Assembly (NCBI GenBank): GCA_904063045.1
Contig: CAJFCJ010000019.1
Location: 1,230,570-1,294,569, forward strand
Source: Dimorphilus gyrociliatus
Lineage: Eukaryota; Animalia; Annelida
Reading direction: 5' to 3'
DNA length: 64,000 nt
Shown here piece after piece: positions 62,001 through 64,000 of this stretch (within the stretch, counting starts at the first letter, position 1; every line of letters starts with the position of its first letter). Position numbers and translations under genes: made by a program. The notes beneath the pieces were generated by a model. It worked only from the letters and a program-made list of their open reading frames with translations, was not told the origin of the DNA and ran no database searches.

Positions 62001-64000
62001 ATTTAATTGCAAAGTTGACGCAATTCCAGAGGCGGAAGTTACCTGGTTTAAAGACGGAAGATTACTAGATAATAATTTTAGAATACATACTTTATCTAAA
62101 GATGAAATTTTAGAGATAAGAAAAGCCGAGACATCCGATTCTGGTGTTTATACTTGTACAGCAAGAAATGAAATTGGAAAAGATTCATTATCATTTAATT
62201 TCAAAGTTTACGGTATGTAAATAATAGAAATTTCAATGGAATTAACAAAATATAAATAATTGTTTCTTATCCTAATTTGCATATTAAGAACCTCCAACCT
62301 TTGTTGATGAAGAAAGTTCAAAATTTCAAATACATGTTACGCTTGGTAATTCACTAGTAATTAACTGCTTCACTAGAGGAATACCAGAACCAAAAATCTC
62401 TTGGTTTAAGAATGGTAAAATGCTGGATTTTTCAGAAAGGCATCATGAAATAAGTAATAACGGAAAATTATTACGTATTGATCATGTTAATGATTTTGAC
62501 TCGGGAAGATATGCATGTTCTGCTTGGAACGAAGCTGGTAGTGCCTATAAAGATTTTATAGTATCCGTTTTTGGTTTGTATTTTATATTATCTATATTGT
62601 TTATAAAAAATATAACGCTTTTCACAGTTAAACCTTACATTGAAATCGAAGGTATCAACTTTTATCCAACAACTGTAAAAGGTAAACATGTAATCTTCAA
62701 TTGTCAACCACGAGGGCTACCTTTCCCAAATGTATCATGGTTAAAAAATGGAAAACCTTTCATTGGTGGAGAAAGGACAAGGCTTTTATCTGGAAGTAGG
62801 CAATTGGAAATTCAACGGGCAATAGAGAATGATTCGGCTAATTATACGTGCATTGCGACGAATAGAGCTGGTTCCGCAAATATTTCATACCATCTAAAAG
62901 TCATTGTTCCCCCAATAATTGATGATTCAAACTTAGTTGGCAAACCAATTGTGCTATTAAATTCAAAAGTCTATCTTGAATGTCCCTCTACCGGTTCTCC
63001 CCCTCCCAATATTACCTGGTACAAGAATAATGAAAAAATAGATTCAACAACAAAAAATGGTATTGAAATTAGAGGTCATCGATTAGGCATCTTAAGGGCA
63101 AGTTTAGAGGACAGTGGAAGATACGTTTGCGTTGTTACTAATGTTGCTGGCTCAACGAGACAAGTGTTTGATTTGGATGTATATTTTGAGCCAAAAGTTG
63201 ATAATATTGCAGAAAATTTGACAGTATTGGAGAACGAAACGGTGTCTATGCATTGCCCGATCACCGGTTATCCAATTCCAGTTGTTAATTGGTTCTTTAA
63301 AGGAAGTCAAATTCCAAGTAACTCTAGGAGGATAGTTACCTTTCTTGATGGACAAGAACTACGAATAACTAATGTAAGGAGAAAAGAAGCAGGCGATTAC
63401 GCTTGTGTTGCACAGAATTCAGTTGGAGAGGTTAAGAAACGTTTTCATTTGCAAGTTAAAGTCCCTCCAGTCATTAGAGGTAGGAATAAAGTGTTTATTA
63501 TCAACGTGCGTAAAGGTAACGAAATTCGTCTCGACTGTGTTGTCGAAGGCCAACCAAAACCAGTAATTATTTGGCTTAAAGATGGATCTCTCATTCCTCC
63601 TAATGATGTAAGAATAAGAGAAGCAGAAGATAGTCTTTTAATTTTTCCAGCTAAGACAGAAGATACAGGATTGTTTACATGTCTAGCCGAAAATGAGGCT
63701 GGACGCTCCGAAAAAAAATTCTCTATTCATGTTCAATTCCCACCTACATTTTTTGAAAATTCAACCGAAATTCTCAATTTAATTAGTGGCCAATCAGTTA
63801 TATTAAATTGCGATGTTATTGGGAAACCAACACCTACAATACAGTGGAAAAAAGACGGCCGAAAACTATTTATACATCTTTTAAACAAGATGCGTCTTTT
63901 GAGGGGAGGCTATCTTCTAGAGGTAAATGATCTACAAATTGATGATGGAGGCTATTACGAATGCGAAGCGTGGAATTCTGTAGGAGAAGGGAGAAAACGC
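56057..64000 (+). CDS. HMCN1: Hemicentin, 5' part (signal peptide, vWA domain, tandem I-set Ig domains); runs off the window
   Basis: [11 protein letters not shown] signal peptide; v[13 protein letters not shown] and [13 protein letters not shown]...[10 protein letters not shown]; many Ig repeats with W and DxGxYxC motifs, split by short introns. Confidence 0.93.

Noticed and set aside
1-64000. tRNA, rRNA, snRNA/snoRNA, CRISPR arrays, and transposase or reverse-transcriptase ORFs
   Set aside because: None were recognised by eye on either strand. A covariance-model scan (Infernal/Rfam, tRNAscan-SE) was not possible, so small ncRNAs could be missed.

Overview
AT-rich, gene-dense animal genomic DNA with mostly ~50-70 nt GT-AG introns. 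It is consistent with a compact lophotrochozoan/annelid-type genome, but the taxon is inferred, not verified. No rRNA, tRNA, CRISPR array or intact transposon was found. Gene order: GOLGA5 (-, 3' partial, with a nested antisense 128-aa ORF); long DPH6 (+, with a nested antisense Cys-rich gene); NCX/SLC8 Na+/Ca2+ exchanger (-); intronless ZDHHC-like gene with ELHC in place of DHHC (+); NUMB (-); 3xBIR-RING IAP (+); RNase T2 (+); SLC35F6 copy A (+); a head-to-head pair of intronless TRPV-like channels; SIVA1 (-); GRIPAP1 (+); SLC35F6 copy B (-, inverted duplicate); ARHGAP17/44-like BAR-RhoGAP (-); SRSF4/5/6 (-); GRAMD1/Aster-like VASt protein (+); hemicentin (+, 3' partial). The strongest unexplained signals are exons the ORF track misses: duplicated 159-nt exons for NCX TM6/alpha-2, duplicated 54-nt exons for the Aster sterol-pocket helix separated by only 28 nt, a 6-nt Numb microexon that splits a kinase site, a Numb PTB-insert cassette, and three alternative N-BAR first exons. 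Also notable are the TRPV-like pair and the homogenised SLC35F6 inverted duplication, whose copies differ in protein sequence only around the dileucine sorting signal. Splice models were read by eye from splice signals, phase and remembered family homology, with no transcript data.
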